55,130 nucleotides of DNA from a virus (IMGVR_UViG_3300005613_000080:1-55130); one strand, 5' to 3'; numbered from the stretch's first letter, positions 1 to 9,253 are shown. Notes: generated by a model from the sequence alone, not told the origin. Made by a program: numbers and translations.

Positions 1-159
1 GATCCCTGGTATCAGGCAGCCCAGACTCCGGGGGCGACCATCTACTATGTGCCGACCTTGGACTGGTACGACTCCCAGGGGGTGTGGGACGGATCTCACG
101 CATGGCCGGTGGCAATCCAGTGGGAACAAACCACTCTGCTCTGGCTCTGGTGGGAGTGA
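1..159 (+). CDS. 3' end of a partial ORF (Trp-rich, unknown), convergent with the phage genes
   Basis: Frame 1 is open from base 1 to TGA at 157-159 (DPWYQAAQ...LLWLWWE*) and is followed by a hairpin. Confidence 0.4.
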   Translation, partial: DPWYQAAQTPGATIYYVPTLDWYDSQGVWDGSHAWPVAIQWEQTTLLWLWWE

Positions 160-173
160 GATGAGAGGGAAGG

Positions 174-200
174 AAGGCGAAGTGATACGCACTTCGCCTT
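174..200. terminator. Hairpin between convergent ORFs, possible bidirectional terminator
   Basis: AAGGCGAAGTG-atacg-CACTTCGCCTT, perfect 11-bp stem. Confidence 0.6.
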
Positions 201-274
201 GTAGGTGCTCCTGACTCGCCCAGAGGAGAGAGAGAGTAGGCCAGCCAGGAGCGGGGGGATCTGTCGCCATCCCC

Positions 275-622
275 CTAATCGGTGTTTCTAAGTATGGCGG
301 GAACATCGTTGAGCAGGAAGACCCGCTCCTCGCCAGCTCCATTCCGCACCCTGAATGTACCAGATCCGGTCGGCATCAGAGGCTCCGAGATCACGCTAGA
401 TACTGGGCCGTGATCGAAGGCACCGGGCCACAGCTTCTCAATCGCGAGCGACCGTTCCAGGTCGTTGAGCAGGGCGGCCTGCTGCTGCATCTGTTCGCGC
501 AGTAGTGCTATATGCTTCTCGATCAGCTTTTGACTGTCAAACATCTTCTCGCCCAGCCTCAGTAGTAGCGTCTCGCGGTTAGCGCGTGCGTGCGCTTCCA
601 GCGTCTTTCTCAGTTCGTGCAT
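275..622 (-). CDS. Hypothetical protein (start uncertain)
   Basis: ORF with a coiled-coil-like N-terminal half; last gene of the minus-strand run. Confidence 0.55.
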   Translation of the reverse strand: MHELRKTLEAHARANRETLLLRLGEKMFDSQKLIEKHIALLREQMQQQAALLNDLERSLAIEKLWPGAFDHGPVSSVISEPLMPTGSGTFRVRNGAGEERVFLLNDVPAILRNTD

Positions 623-1073
623 GGATCTTGTTGGTCCAGTGCTTGACGTTGCGGACCCAGTGCTTGTTGAGCCCGTGTGGGTCGTTGTCCGCGCCCACTG
701 GGCAGTAACGCCTGCCCAAAAAGGTGATGAAGTCTCCGGGCTTCCCGGCCTTCACCCAGCGGTCGTAGGTCTTTTGGACGGTGGCGGCGCACCAACCCGC
801 CTGCGGGCGGTAGGTGTCGCCCTTGCGCTTCATGTCGCGCTTGACGCCATCGCCCAGGACGCCGTACTCGCGGCCCGCGCTGCCGTTCTCGGCGTGACGG
901 ATGGCGGCGACGATGGGCGCGAGCTGGGCACGCAGGTCTTCGCGGACGTTGACCTGGATCGCATCCTCGAACTTCGCTGCGGCGGCAGCTCCGTCCTTGT
1001 CACGGATGGCGTCGGAGGCGTTGTCAGCGAGCGCCGGGCACGCCAGCGCGAGGAGAAGGAGTAGTGTTCGCAT
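579..1073 (-). CDS. Secreted lysozyme-like/glucosaminidase-type peptidoglycan hydrolase, probable endolysin
   Basis: Signal peptide MRTLLLLLALACPALA; catalytic-like AAIRHAENG; YCPVGADNDPHGLNKHWV motif typical of lysozyme-fold hydrolases. Confidence 0.65.
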   Translation of the reverse strand: MRTLLLLLALACPALADNASDAIRDKDGAAAAAKFEDAIQVNVREDLRAQLAPIVAAIRHAENGSAGREYGVLGDGVKRDMKRKGDTYRPQAGWCAATVQKTYDRWVKAGKPGDFITFLGRRYCPVGADNDPHGLNKHWVRNVKHWTNKIHARTEKDAGSARTR

Positions 1074-1086
1074 CAGGACAGGTCTT

Positions 1087-1161
1087 TCAGATCCTCCTCC
1101 GGTGAAGCTCGAAGGCGATCACCAAGCCTACCACGGCAATCAACATCATCTCGGGCATCAT
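1087..1161 (-). CDS. 24-aa membrane micropeptide
   Basis: MMPEMMLIAVVGLVIAFELHRRRI*; its ATG overlaps the upstream stop (ATGA) and it fills the gap before the endolysin. Confidence 0.45.
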   Translation of the reverse strand: MMPEMMLIAVVGLVIAFELHRRRI

Positions 1162-1376
1162 CTCACTCTCCCCGCTCGCGGCGCGATGCCCTCGAAGCCA
1201 TAGCCGTCGCGGTTGACGGCGGGGGGCGGTGGCACGAACGGCGAGGCGGCACGCGGCTCGGGTGCGGGCTCAGGCTCGCCCGCGGTCAGGCGACCGGCAA
1301 AGAAGCCGACCGCTAGGACGGCCGCGACGGCGATCGCCAGGCAGCCGATCTCGTACTTAGGTTCGGCGTGGTACAT
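1158..1376 (-). CDS. Small single-TM protein with Pro-rich tail
   Basis: TGATG overlap; TM IGCLAIAVAAVLAVGFFAG followed by PEPAPEP..PPPP. Confidence 0.6.
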   Translation of the reverse strand: MYHAEPKYEIGCLAIAVAAVLAVGFFAGRLTAGEPEPAPEPRAASPFVPPPPAVNRDGYGFEGIAPRAGRVR

Positions 1377-1681
1377 CACTGGCACTCTCCTCCTCTAAGC
1401 GTTACCTCCCATCGGGCAATCGACGCACGCAGGTCTGCGAGTTCTCGTGCCAGGCTTTTGGCGACCTCTTCGGCGTGGTCTGCGCGCTCACGCTCTGCCG
1501 CTGCGGAGCGATTCTCGTTGCGCCGTTGTAGCCATGCCTGGAAGTCTGGCGCGTCGTCTGTCGATGCGTAGTTTTGACCGGCTATGAAGGCCGCCAGGAG
1601 GTCGTCGTCACACTCGCGCACGACCTTCTGCATCGCGTCGATCCACTCCCTGGCGTCCTGCACGCTTTGTTCTTCGTTCAT
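1376..1681 (-). CDS. Hypothetical coiled-coil protein
   Basis: Start MNEEQ at a TGATG overlap with the upstream gene. Confidence 0.6.
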   Translation of the reverse strand: MNEEQSVQDAREWIDAMQKVVRECDDDLLAAFIAGQNYASTDDAPDFQAWLQRRNENRSAAAERERADHAEEVAKSLARELADLRASIARWEVTLRGGECQ

Positions 1682-2007
1682 CAGCCCACCTCCTGATCGC
1701 AGCGATCCCGGTTCTCCTGAGTGAGAGGCACTAGCAGATCCACGGGCACGTTCGCCCAACCAGAGTAGTTCTCCCGATCTAGGTGATAGTGGATCATCGC
1801 CAGTTGTTGTTCGCAGGCGTGCAGCCGACGTCGCAACCACGCGACCTGCTCAGCAGATGCCGGGCATCGGTGCTGCACATTGCCGCAGTTGCGACACATC
1901 ACTTCCGCGTTGGTCTGGTGGGCGTTGAACAAGATCATTTGCAGCCCGCAGACGCGGCACACCGCTGGGTTGCGTTGCGGTTCGTTGATCATCGGTTGGT
2001 CAGTCAT
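1681..2007 (-). CDS. Hypothetical Zn-ribbon protein
   Basis: CRVC...CRNC motifs; coupled to neighbours. Confidence 0.6.
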   Translation of the reverse strand: MTDQPMINEPQRNPAVCRVCGLQMILFNAHQTNAEVMCRNCGNVQHRCPASAEQVAWLRRRLHACEQQLAMIHYHLDRENYSGWANVPVDLLVPLTQENRDRCDQEVG

Positions 2008-2446
2008 CGGAGCGGGCCTCCTTCACGATCTTCCAGCCGGGGAAGAACTTGGCCCCGATCAAGTCGGCACCGCTCAAGTCGGCACCGCTCAAGTCGGCAC
2101 CGCTCAAGTCGGCACCGCTCAAGTTGGCATCGCGCAAGTTGGCATCGCGCAAGTTGGCACCGCTCAAGTTGGCATCGCGCAAGTTGGCATCGCGCAAGTT
2201 GGCAGCGCTCAAGTCGGCCCCGCTCAAGTTGGCCCCGATCAAGTTGGCATCGCGCAAGTTGGCCCAGCTCAAGTAGGCCCGGCTCAAGTCGGCCCGGCTC
2301 AAGTCGGCCCGGCTCAAGTCGGCACCGATCAACTTGGCCTCGCGCAAGTCGCAATCGCTCAAGTCGGCCCTCTCGCCGCTCTTTCCTCCGCTCTTCCTCC
2401 AGAGATTGTGCGCTTCCAGAATCTCCCTCAGTTCTTCCGTCGTCAT
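2000..2446 (-). CDS. Pentapeptide repeat protein
   Basis: A(D/N)LxG/A repeats; typical N-terminus [14 protein letters not shown]; ATGA overlap. Confidence 0.92.
   Translation of the reverse strand: MTTEELREILEAHNLWRKSGGKSGERADLSDCDLREAKLIGADLSRADLSRADLSRAYLSWANLRDANLIGANLSGADLSAANLRDANLRDANLSGANLRDANLRDANLSGADLSGADLSGADLSGADLIGAKFFPGWKIVKEARSDD
2049..2368. repeat. 15-bp tandem repeat array encoding the pentapeptides
   Basis: Units such as AAGTCGGCACCGCTC, AAGTTGGCATCGCGC and AAGTCGGCCCGGCTC in tandem. Confidence 0.9.
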
Positions 2447-3927
2447 CGGAGGTCCCCCGTCCACGAGTTCAGCGGGTGATCGCTCCACCACGGCGCGTTG
2501 TAGTTCTCCGTCGCCTCGACGACCTCACGCGAGGCCATGCCGCTGATCAGGTCGTCCCAGGTCGCCGACTTCGGCGAACTCCACTCGGGATGCTCGACGA
2601 CCTCAAGCTCGTGGTTGTTCTCGGGATAGCGGCGAGCGAGGACAGCGGCGCAGTCCCGCGCAACATCGGCGAACTCGAAGTCAGGGATCTCGGCAAGCCG
2701 ACGGAAGCCGAGGTAGACCAGCGAGTGCTCGAAGCCCTTGTAGATGTCGGGCGTGAGACCCTCGGGGATCATGTTCCCGAAGTGCTCCTGCCGCTTGTGT
2801 GCGTACTTGTTCGACGGCTTGCCAGCTTCGTCGAGGTAGCGGATCACATAGATCGCGTCGCGATCCTCGTCGATCATCCGTCGGGCGAAGGACAGCAGGC
2901 GCTTCGCCGCGATGCGGTAGCGGTCATAGATCTTCGGGTCGCGCTGTTCGAGGGAGGGCAGGAGCAGGCCCGCGCCGATGCCCTGGAGGGCTCCGGCGAA
3001 CTGGCGACCCGCGTGCGGAGTTCCGTTGTTTGCGGGCGTGAACCTCTCGATCCCGTCGCAGCTCCACCAATGCGACTTGTGCAGCTTGTCGTCAGAGGCG
3101 TTCGGCGTCGTCCAGCACGCAATCACATCCTCCGCAATCGACCGCACGCACAACTCACCGAAGGCGTAGCCGTGCAGCGCGGCGATGCGAGCAACGTGCG
3201 TCCAGCGGTTGAGGTGCGAGTGGTCGAGTTGCGAGTAGTTCTCGATCCTCACCGCACCGCCGTAGTCGTGCGCGGGGAAGGTGCGGGTCTGGTCGATGCC
3301 GGGGAAGCCAGCCGACCAGCGATGCGGCTCGATGCGGCCCTCCTCGTAGGCTGAACGATCCCATCTCCAGGTGCCCATCCGGTTAGCCCATCCGACGGCG
3401 AGGCGCAGCGCGTCCTCGATGCCCGCCGGGCAACCGACGGCCCAGTCGGACTCGTGATAGATGCCCTGTCCGCCGGGTCCGTTCGCGTCAGGCTTGCCCG
3501 CGATGGTAACGCCGCCGATCTCCACGAGTTGGGCTCGGTGGCGCTCGGCAAGGGCTCGACCCTTACGAGTCGCGGTGTGAGGATCCGGCGGCGTGCCGAT
3601 GTCTTCAATCGTCCAGCGCGCGTAGCCGGGGGGTAGGACCCAGCCGTCACCGACCACGGTGCCGTTGCCAGCAAAGGCGTTGACCTTACCGACGATCCGC
3701 GAGCCGTGCGAGGTGACGCGCACCCGCGCCAGCCCGTCTCGGCCAACGGGTTCGAGGGTCACGCCTCGACCACCGCCAGCCGCCCCTTCTTGATCCGCAA
3801 GTTGCCGGCGGATCTTGCGGATGCGAACCAAGTTACGCTCAAGGTCCTCCTCAGCAAGTCGGACAGACTGCAAGAGCATGGCAAGCCGTTGTTCGTTCCT
3901 ATCGTTCATCTTGTTATCGTCCTTCAA
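2443..3927 (-). CDS. Large hypothetical protein (494 aa)
   Basis: Long ORF with phage-like codon usage that overlaps both neighbours; no motif recognised. Confidence 0.75.
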   Translation of the reverse strand: MKDDNKMNDRNEQRLAMLLQSVRLAEEDLERNLVRIRKIRRQLADQEGAAGGGRGVTLEPVGRDGLARVRVTSHGSRIVGKVNAFAGNGTVVGDGWVLPPGYARWTIEDIGTPPDPHTATRKGRALAERHRAQLVEIGGVTIAGKPDANGPGGQGIYHESDWAVGCPAGIEDALRLAVGWANRMGTWRWDRSAYEEGRIEPHRWSAGFPGIDQTRTFPAHDYGGAVRIENYSQLDHSHLNRWTHVARIAALHGYAFGELCVRSIAEDVIACWTTPNASDDKLHKSHWWSCDGIERFTPANNGTPHAGRQFAGALQGIGAGLLLPSLEQRDPKIYDRYRIAAKRLLSFARRMIDEDRDAIYVIRYLDEAGKPSNKYAHKRQEHFGNMIPEGLTPDIYKGFEHSLVYLGFRRLAEIPDFEFADVARDCAAVLARRYPENNHELEVVEHPEWSSPKSATWDDLISGMASREVVEATENYNAPWWSDHPLNSWTGDLR

Positions 3928-4334
3928 TCCTGTTCGCCGCTAGGGCCTCCGATCTCATGCCAGTAGTGCTCGGTGCAGTGTTGCTCAATCTCGTCGGCCC
4001 AGTGCTTCGCGGCGAAGCGCCGGAACTGGCGGATCAGGCTCCGCTGCTGTCGAGCAGGGAAGTGCGCCCAGCGATCGTCCTGGACGCACCACTGGAGCAC
4101 ACGGAACGCCTTGCGCGTCATCCAGTCGCCTGTGGGATCCGTGGCAAAGAGCTGTTCCTGGATGGCCTCGAACAGCTCGTCGATGTCCTCAACATCGCTG
4201 ATCTCCCAGCCGTCGCAGAAACCACCCTCTGCGGGGTAGCCTGGATCTCCATTGGGGAGGTGGAGAACAGCGGGGATGTATTCATCGACCGTGTAGTCGA
4301 TCTGGAGTCCTTTGTATCTAGTAGTGAAACTCAT
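3924..4334 (-). CDS. Hypothetical protein
   Basis: Start MSFTTRY at an ATGA overlap; PGYPAEGG motif. Confidence 0.65.
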   Translation of the reverse strand: MSFTTRYKGLQIDYTVDEYIPAVLHLPNGDPGYPAEGGFCDGWEISDVEDIDELFEAIQEQLFATDPTGDWMTRKAFRVLQWCVQDDRWAHFPARQQRSLIRQFRRFAAKHWADEIEQHCTEHYWHEIGGPSGEQD

Positions 4335-4549
4335 CGCAGTAGATTTCGTAACCGTTGCAGCCACGACTGCTGGGCAGTCGCGTTGTCGCACTTCGAGCAG
4401 ACCACGAGGATATGAAACTGACCTTGCTGCTTGCAAGTCGTCCTCGTGAAGTTTTCACCGGGTTGTATGGCTGCTCCACAGTTGGAGCACTCGCCAGAAT
4501 GGGCAGCGACACGACGCATGGCAGCGCCGACCATCTGGGCATGGCACAT
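4331..4549 (-). CDS. Small Zn-finger protein
   Basis: CSNCGAAIQPGE...CSKC. Confidence 0.6.
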   Translation of the reverse strand: MCHAQMVGAAMRRVAAHSGECSNCGAAIQPGENFTRTTCKQQGQFHILVVCSKCDNATAQQSWLQRLRNLLR

Positions 4550-4553
4550 CAGC

Positions 4554-4913
4554 CTAGAACGGTGCCTCGTTGTCGTTGTCGCTGGCGCTCGTCTCGCCGC
4601 TTGACACGAACTCCCATTCATCAACGACGACCTTGACCTTGGCGCGGGGATCGCCGTTCTTGTCCTCCCACTGATCGAGCTGGAGGTGCCCCTTGAGCAG
4701 CACGCTCGCGCCCTTGCCGTGGTGCCGGGCGAACGCTTCGCCGCGACGGCCCCAGATCGAGAAGTCAACGAAGGTGGCATCGTCCTCCCATACGTCGCCA
4801 CGTTTGACGCGGCGGTTGAGGGCGACGTTGCCGTTGACCACGGGCATCCCGCCCTTGGTCTGGCGGATCTCGGGGTCACGGGTGAGGTTGCCCTTGAGTA
4901 CGACGAGGTTCAT
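4554..4913 (-). CDS. ssb: Single-stranded DNA-binding protein
   Basis: MNLVVLKGNLTRDPEIR; acidic tail ending in APF. Confidence 0.95.
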   Translation of the reverse strand: MNLVVLKGNLTRDPEIRQTKGGMPVVNGNVALNRRVKRGDVWEDDATFVDFSIWGRRGEAFARHHGKGASVLLKGHLQLDQWEDKNGDPRAKVKVVVDEWEFVSSGETSASDNDNEAPF

Positions 4914-4942
4914 GTATAGTTCCGTTCTCGTGGTGGGTGTCT

Positions 4943-4974
4943 GGGACTCGGGCAGTCATGCCCGCCCGAGTCCC
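4943..4974. other. GC-rich intergenic hairpin upstream of ssb
   Basis: GGGACTCGGGC-N10-GCCCGAGTCCC, 11-bp perfect stem with no U-tract. Confidence 0.6.
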
Positions 4975-4986
4975 GGATGCAGCGGA

Positions 4987-5265
4987 TCACAGCGACCCTG
5001 CAATCAGCAGGAGCCCGCCCTGGACGATGCTCAGGACTCGGCTGGCCGCCTTGTCAGCTTGTCCGACAAGTTCCAGCCCAGCGCGTAGGGCGATCTCGTC
5101 ACGAGCCGCAATAGCCGCCTGATCGTAACCGGGAAGGCCGACGATGGTGGACAGCTCCGCAGCCCGCTGGGCCATCAGGGCGACGATCTCTTGGCTCCCT
5201 GATTTCAGGTCAGCGTTGGTATCGTCGAGCGCCGCTTGCAGGATGGTCTTGATGTCGTCGGTCAT
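4987..5265 (-). CDS. Hypothetical protein with hydrophobic C-terminus
   Basis: ATGA-coupled ORF in the lysis-like cluster. Confidence 0.65.
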   Translation of the reverse strand: MTDDIKTILQAALDDTNADLKSGSQEIVALMAQRAAELSTIVGLPGYDQAAIAARDEIALRAGLELVGQADKAASRVLSIVQGGLLLIAGSL

Positions 5266-5444
5266 GCCTTCTTCCGTCGTCCGCGCTTGCGAAGCTCGAC
5301 GCCTTCGCGAAGCAGGTAGTTTCGGATGGTGGTGATCGCAACATTGTGCTCGTCTGCCAGTACCGCCAGGGACGCTCCCTTGCGGTAATGAGACACGATC
5401 TTGTTGATGGTTCGCTTATCGGTGATGGTACGGGGAGCAGCCAT
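5262..5444 (-). CDS. Small HTH DNA-binding protein
   Basis: YRKGASLAVLADEHNVAITTIRNYL..GVELR HTH pattern; TAATG overlap. Confidence 0.75.
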   Translation of the reverse strand: MAAPRTITDKRTINKIVSHYRKGASLAVLADEHNVAITTIRNYLLREGVELRKRGRRKKA

Positions 5445-5941
5445 TAGTTCTGAACAACGGCGACGAGGGGTAGCTTCCCTCGCGGGGTCGCCACCCGCGA
5501 GCGAAGGTCGGTCCGAATGGACACGACGGGCCAAGGCCCGCCTTGGGAAAGGATAGTGATCGACTCGTCAAAGTTCACGAGACGACGCCTCAGAAATACG
5601 GCGGCCTGTTCAACAAGCTCGCCGTCCTCGACACGATCCTCGATGCCGCGTTCGGCGTAGCCTTTCAGCACGGGCCAGGGCGAGAGTTTGATCATGTCGA
5701 TATCGAGTGTGGTGAGGGCGGCCTCGATCTCGTCAACGAAGCCGAGTAGGGCAGAGTCCTCTACCAGATCGCCATCTTCGACGGCATCCGCGATGCCACG
5801 CAGGGTATCTGACTTCACGCCATACGTCTCGTTGCCCCATGCCATGACGACAGTGGGCAGCAACGCCTCCTCACGGGCGGCTCTGCTCGTGCCGATGCAC
5901 GAGGTCAGCAGGGCGGTCAGAATGATGAGAGCAGCTTTCAT
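5444..5941 (-). CDS. Lipoprotein
   Basis: MKAALIILTALLTSC lipobox; ATGA overlap with the holin-like gene. Confidence 0.7.
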   Translation of the reverse strand: MKAALIILTALLTSCIGTSRAAREEALLPTVVMAWGNETYGVKSDTLRGIADAVEDGDLVEDSALLGFVDEIEAALTTLDIDMIKLSPWPVLKGYAERGIEDRVEDGELVEQAAVFLRRRLVNFDESITILSQGGPWPVVSIRTDLRSRVATPRGKLPLVAVVQN

Positions 5942-6225
5942 GCGTCCTTCTCCTGTTTGGTCATGGCGACGGCGACGGCGACATCGCGCCGAGCGCGGAT
6001 TTCCAGGGCCTTGTTTCCTTGGCGCAGCGTAGCCCATAGCGCCTCAAGCGCGATAGCGATAAGTGCGGCGGTTTCTGCGTCCATCAGGACCGGATCCTTG
6101 CCCGCGTGTTCCAGCACGAGGTTGACGAGAGCGACGAGGCCCAGGACAACCTGCACAGTGATCTTGCCAGTGAACTCGGACGAGGACTTACCCGGCTTGA
6201 GTGCGATGTTTTCGTCGGTGGTCAT
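5938..6225 (-). CDS. Holin-like membrane protein
   Basis: KPGKSSSEF N-terminal motif (KPGxxTxEF-type), two hydrophobic segments, charged C-terminus. Confidence 0.55.
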   Translation of the reverse strand: MTTDENIALKPGKSSSEFTGKITVQVVLGLVALVNLVLEHAGKDPVLMDAETAALIAIALEALWATLRQGNKALEIRARRDVAVAVAMTKQEKDA

Positions 6226-6247
6226 TTTAGTTGCCTGCCTGATGAGG

Positions 6248-6847
6248 TTACAGGTAGCGAGGGAGGCGCGTCGGTTGCTGTTTGGGCAGCACGTCATGGA
6301 GCTGTTCGATGAGGTCTTCGATGAAGTCGCTAGTTCCATTGTTGACCATCTCGATGGGTGTCACGCCCATGTAGGAGAGGTCGATGTACCCGCGACTGTC
6401 GTTCTTGAACGAGCAGCCGTCTCGGTGCAGGCGCACCAGCCTACAGTGCGCCGCCCCAAAATGATCAACAACTTTTTCGGCTTCTTCAACAAATCCACTG
6501 TCCGTCACGGCAGCGATTGGGGCATCCAAGTCGCGCAGCTCTTGGAGGAGAAGTTCGCCCAGCACGGCTTTCCCATGCTTGGGCTTCAGGTAGTCCTCGC
6601 TGACGGCGATGTATGCCTGCCGGGGTGTGAGGCCTAGGAACTCGTCTGAGGGCTCGTCCTTGCGGTCCTCGAACCAGTCGTGGGGCACCGGGCGTCCGCT
6701 GGTGTAGATGCCGTACAGGCCGTGGGTGCGCTCCTTGAGGATGCGGGCGAACTTCACGGTATGCGCTTCGGCGCACAGGGAAAGCACCGCTCTACCGGCG
6801 TAGTCCTTGCCGCTCCCCGGCGGCCCGTTGAAAAAGATGACCTTCAT
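6248..6847 (-). CDS. Deoxynucleoside monophosphate kinase
   Basis: P-loop NGPPGSGKD; KFAxxLK; TPRQ; VTDSGFxEE, as in T4 gp1-like dNMP kinases. Confidence 0.85.
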   Translation of the reverse strand: MKVIFFNGPPGSGKDYAGRAVLSLCAEAHTVKFARILKERTHGLYGIYTSGRPVPHDWFEDRKDEPSDEFLGLTPRQAYIAVSEDYLKPKHGKAVLGELLLQELRDLDAPIAAVTDSGFVEEAEKVVDHFGAAHCRLVRLHRDGCSFKNDSRGYIDLSYMGVTPIEMVNNGTSDFIEDLIEQLHDVLPKQQPTRLPRYL

Positions 6848-7332
6848 CGACGCTTCTTGCATAGGTACAGGCTCGCGTCGGCTTCCGTCATCGTACTGCC
6901 CACGCCAGCGGAGGCTGACACCTTAGCATCGTCCGACGACCATTGCTGAACTAATCGGTAGATCCGTTGAGCGCCCTCCAGGGAGGGGCACCAGACGACG
7001 AACTCGTCGCCGCCCATGCGAGCTGCGATGCGATCCGTGCCCTGTCGGGTGCTCTGTAGCAGGAACTCGGCGAACTCCACGAGCACTCTGTCGCCGTAGC
7101 GATGCCCCTCGGGGTGTACGTCCTGGGCCTGCTTGAACCCATCGAGGTCGGCCACGACAAAGAACCCGCCGCGACCTTGGGTGCGCTCCTCGACGTAACG
7201 CCGGTTGTGGATGCCCGTGAGCGAGTCCGTGTAGGCGAGCGTGTAGAGCTTGCGGTTGGCCTCGGTCAGTGCCTCGACGGCACGCATCAGTTCAGAGGTA
7301 GTGTTGTTCATCATGTCAGAGTCATCGGCCAC
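6844..7332 (-). CDS. GGDEF-domain diguanylate cyclase with N-terminal coiled coil
   Basis: DSLTGIHNRR, DLDGFK, GHxxGDxVL, ARMGGDEF, SASAGV, ADxxLY. Confidence 0.92.
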   Translation of the reverse strand: MADDSDMMNNTTSELMRAVEALTEANRKLYTLAYTDSLTGIHNRRYVEERTQGRGGFFVVADLDGFKQAQDVHPEGHRYGDRVLVEFAEFLLQSTRQGTDRIAARMGGDEFVVWCPSLEGAQRIYRLVQQWSSDDAKVSASAGVGSTMTEADASLYLCKKRR

Positions 7333-7347
7333 CCCCGCCCTGGGCCT

Positions 7348-7935
7348 TTAGTCCTTTTCGGACCAGATCGCGTCTACCACGCCCCACTCGATAGCCGTCT
7401 CGGAATCAAAGTAGCGGTCGGTCTTGGCGTCGAACAGTCGCCGCCAGTGTCGGCGGTCTTTGTTGGTGTAGCGAGCCAGCAGCTTGGCGTAGTTCTCCAT
7501 CATACCCTTTGCCATATCAGCTTCAACAACCAGCTCAACAGGGCGGCCCTCCACATCAGAGACGCGAACATCGTGCAGCATGAACGTCGTGCTTTCCGTG
7601 GTGTAGCGGTGGCCCTGCTTTCCGCACGCCACGAGCAGCGGCGCTGCCGACATACACTTGCCCAAGGCGCACGTCACCACGTCACACTTGATCGTGCGCG
7701 TCACATCGTGCAGGGCGAACGACTCATCAAGGTGGCCGCCGTAGGAAGAGACATACAGCTCGATGGGCTTGCGGCTGATGTCCGCGAGCATATACAGCCC
7801 ACGGATAGCCATGCCGATGGTGTTCTCGTCGATGGAGCCGTGCAACCAGATACGCCGACCAAAGATGTCGATGCCGTGCTCAAGCGCAGCCTCGATACCC
7901 GCTCTCTGGAACTCGTACCTGTCCTGGTCACTCAT
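7348..7935 (-). CDS. clpP: ClpP-family (S14) protease
   Basis: IELYVSSYGG, GKCMSAA (catalytic Ser), FMLH (His), DRYFDSETAIEWGVVD. Confidence 0.88.
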   Translation of the reverse strand: MSDQDRYEFQRAGIEAALEHGIDIFGRRIWLHGSIDENTIGMAIRGLYMLADISRKPIELYVSSYGGHLDESFALHDVTRTIKCDVVTCALGKCMSAAPLLVACGKQGHRYTTESTTFMLHDVRVSDVEGRPVELVVEADMAKGMMENYAKLLARYTNKDRRHWRRLFDAKTDRYFDSETAIEWGVVDAIWSEKD

Positions 7936-9253
7936 ACGACGCCATGCGGGCCTTGGCCCGCTTCAGCCAGAACTTGCGCGTGTCTTCGACGCCGCTCGGG
8001 TATCGCCCTGTCGCACGGAACGACCAGCCGTTCGCGAAGCACTCGCCCAGCGTGGTATCGACGCCCGTGACGTTGATGGCGCGACGGCCCTTCTCAGCGA
8101 TCACGAATCCACGGCTCCAGGCGGGGCGGTTGCCCTTGACGTAGTATTTCGCCACCTCGTCGATGACGCCGCCATGCGAGCACGTCCAGCTCATGTGCCG
8201 CAGCCCGGAGTTCGGGCCGATGACTTGCTGGAAGCGGTGGACGTGCCCGGAGATGCCCGCTCCGTGACTGCCCTTGGGCAGCCCCATATCCACCCAGTCC
8301 AGTAGCTCGGCCATCGCCGGGAACTTGCCGACCTTGGTGCCGTGCGTGACCTGGATCTGCTCCCACAGGGTCGCCCTGGGCACCGCGTCCTCCTGCCCAG
8401 GGGGCGCTAGGAACGATCCGCCGTGAGCCAGCTCGATGTCGAGTTCTTCGAGGTTGAGCTGCTTGTCGATCCGCATCGAGCGCAGGTTCGCCAGCGCGGG
8501 GTCCGTCTGCGTCAGGTGACGAACGATGCGATCGGTCCAGTGGTTTGAGGCCGTCCAGACGAAGCGCGAGCTAGGACACAGCTCGCGGGCCTCTTCGAGC
8601 ATGGCCCGGAAGAAGTCCAGCTCGACCTGGAGCCGGGTGCTGAATCCATAGGGCTTCGGATGCGAGCTGATCTCGGAGCCGTCGATGTGGTCGCCGCCCC
8701 AGACGATCACGTCAGGCTGCGCGTGGTCGATGAAGTCCAGGAACGCGAGCCAAGTAACCGGGTCCATGAACAGCGAGTGCGTGTCGCTGATGAACGCCAG
8801 CAGCTTTGACTTCTCGGTCGCCCGCCGCAGCTCGGGGAACTGATCGACGTAGGGCAGCAGGTAGCGTTGGTAGTACCGCGCATCGTGCTCGCGGCGCGAG
8901 TCGAGCGTGCGGACGTGCAGCAGGCGTTGGTCGCCCACCGTGGGCACGAGGCCCGCCATCTGCTTGATGTGCTCGAAGCGCCCGTGTTCAAGAACGAACT
9001 CGATGGGGTAGTGCCCGTAAAGCTCGTAGCGCCGTCGAGAGATCGACCGGAACTCGTGGTACGGGTTGGTGTCCTTATCCTCCGCGACCCGCACCACGTC
9101 CGCGAGGATGTCTTCGAGCGATGGTGGCGTCTGGGCCTTGCCCGCCCGTTCCCGTTCCAGTCGAGCCTCATCGCGAGCCTTGCGCTCTTTGATCTTCTTT
9201 AGCTCGCGCTCGTTCTCGACCACCTCCTCGGGGGCCGAGAGAAACCTGTCCAC
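7928..9253 (-). CDS. Calcineurin-like metallophosphoesterase with N-terminal helical repeat domain
   Basis: DTH, GDHID, SNH, HG and GHVH motifs; GTG start chosen just after the upstream stop. Confidence 0.82.
   Translation of the reverse strand: MDRFLSAPEEVVENERELKKIKERKARDEARLERERAGKAQTPPSLEDILADVVRVAEDKDTNPYHEFRSISRRRYELYGHYPIEFVLEHGRFEHIKQMAGLVPTVGDQRLLHVRTLDSRREHDARYYQRYLLPYVDQFPELRRATEKSKLLAFISDTHSLFMDPVTWLAFLDFIDHAQPDVIVWGGDHIDGSEISSHPKPYGFSTRLQVELDFFRAMLEEARELCPSSRFVWTASNHWTDRIVRHLTQTDPALANLRSMRIDKQLNLEELDIELAHGGSFLAPPGQEDAVPRATLWEQIQVTHGTKVGKFPAMAELLDWVDMGLPKGSHGAGISGHVHRFQQVIGPNSGLRHMSWTCSHGGVIDEVAKYYVKGNRPAWSRGFVIAEKGRRAINVTGVDTTLGECFANGWSFRATGRYPSGVEDTRKFWLKRAKARMASYE

Noticed and set aside
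2049-2368. Possible CRISPR array
   Set aside because: The 15-bp units are contiguous with no unique spacers, they are coding, and no cas genes are present.
1880-2479. Repetitive + strand and alternative-frame ORFs (AQVGT, SAPLK, RLERC repeats)
   Set aside because: They are other readings of the 15-bp pentapeptide array.
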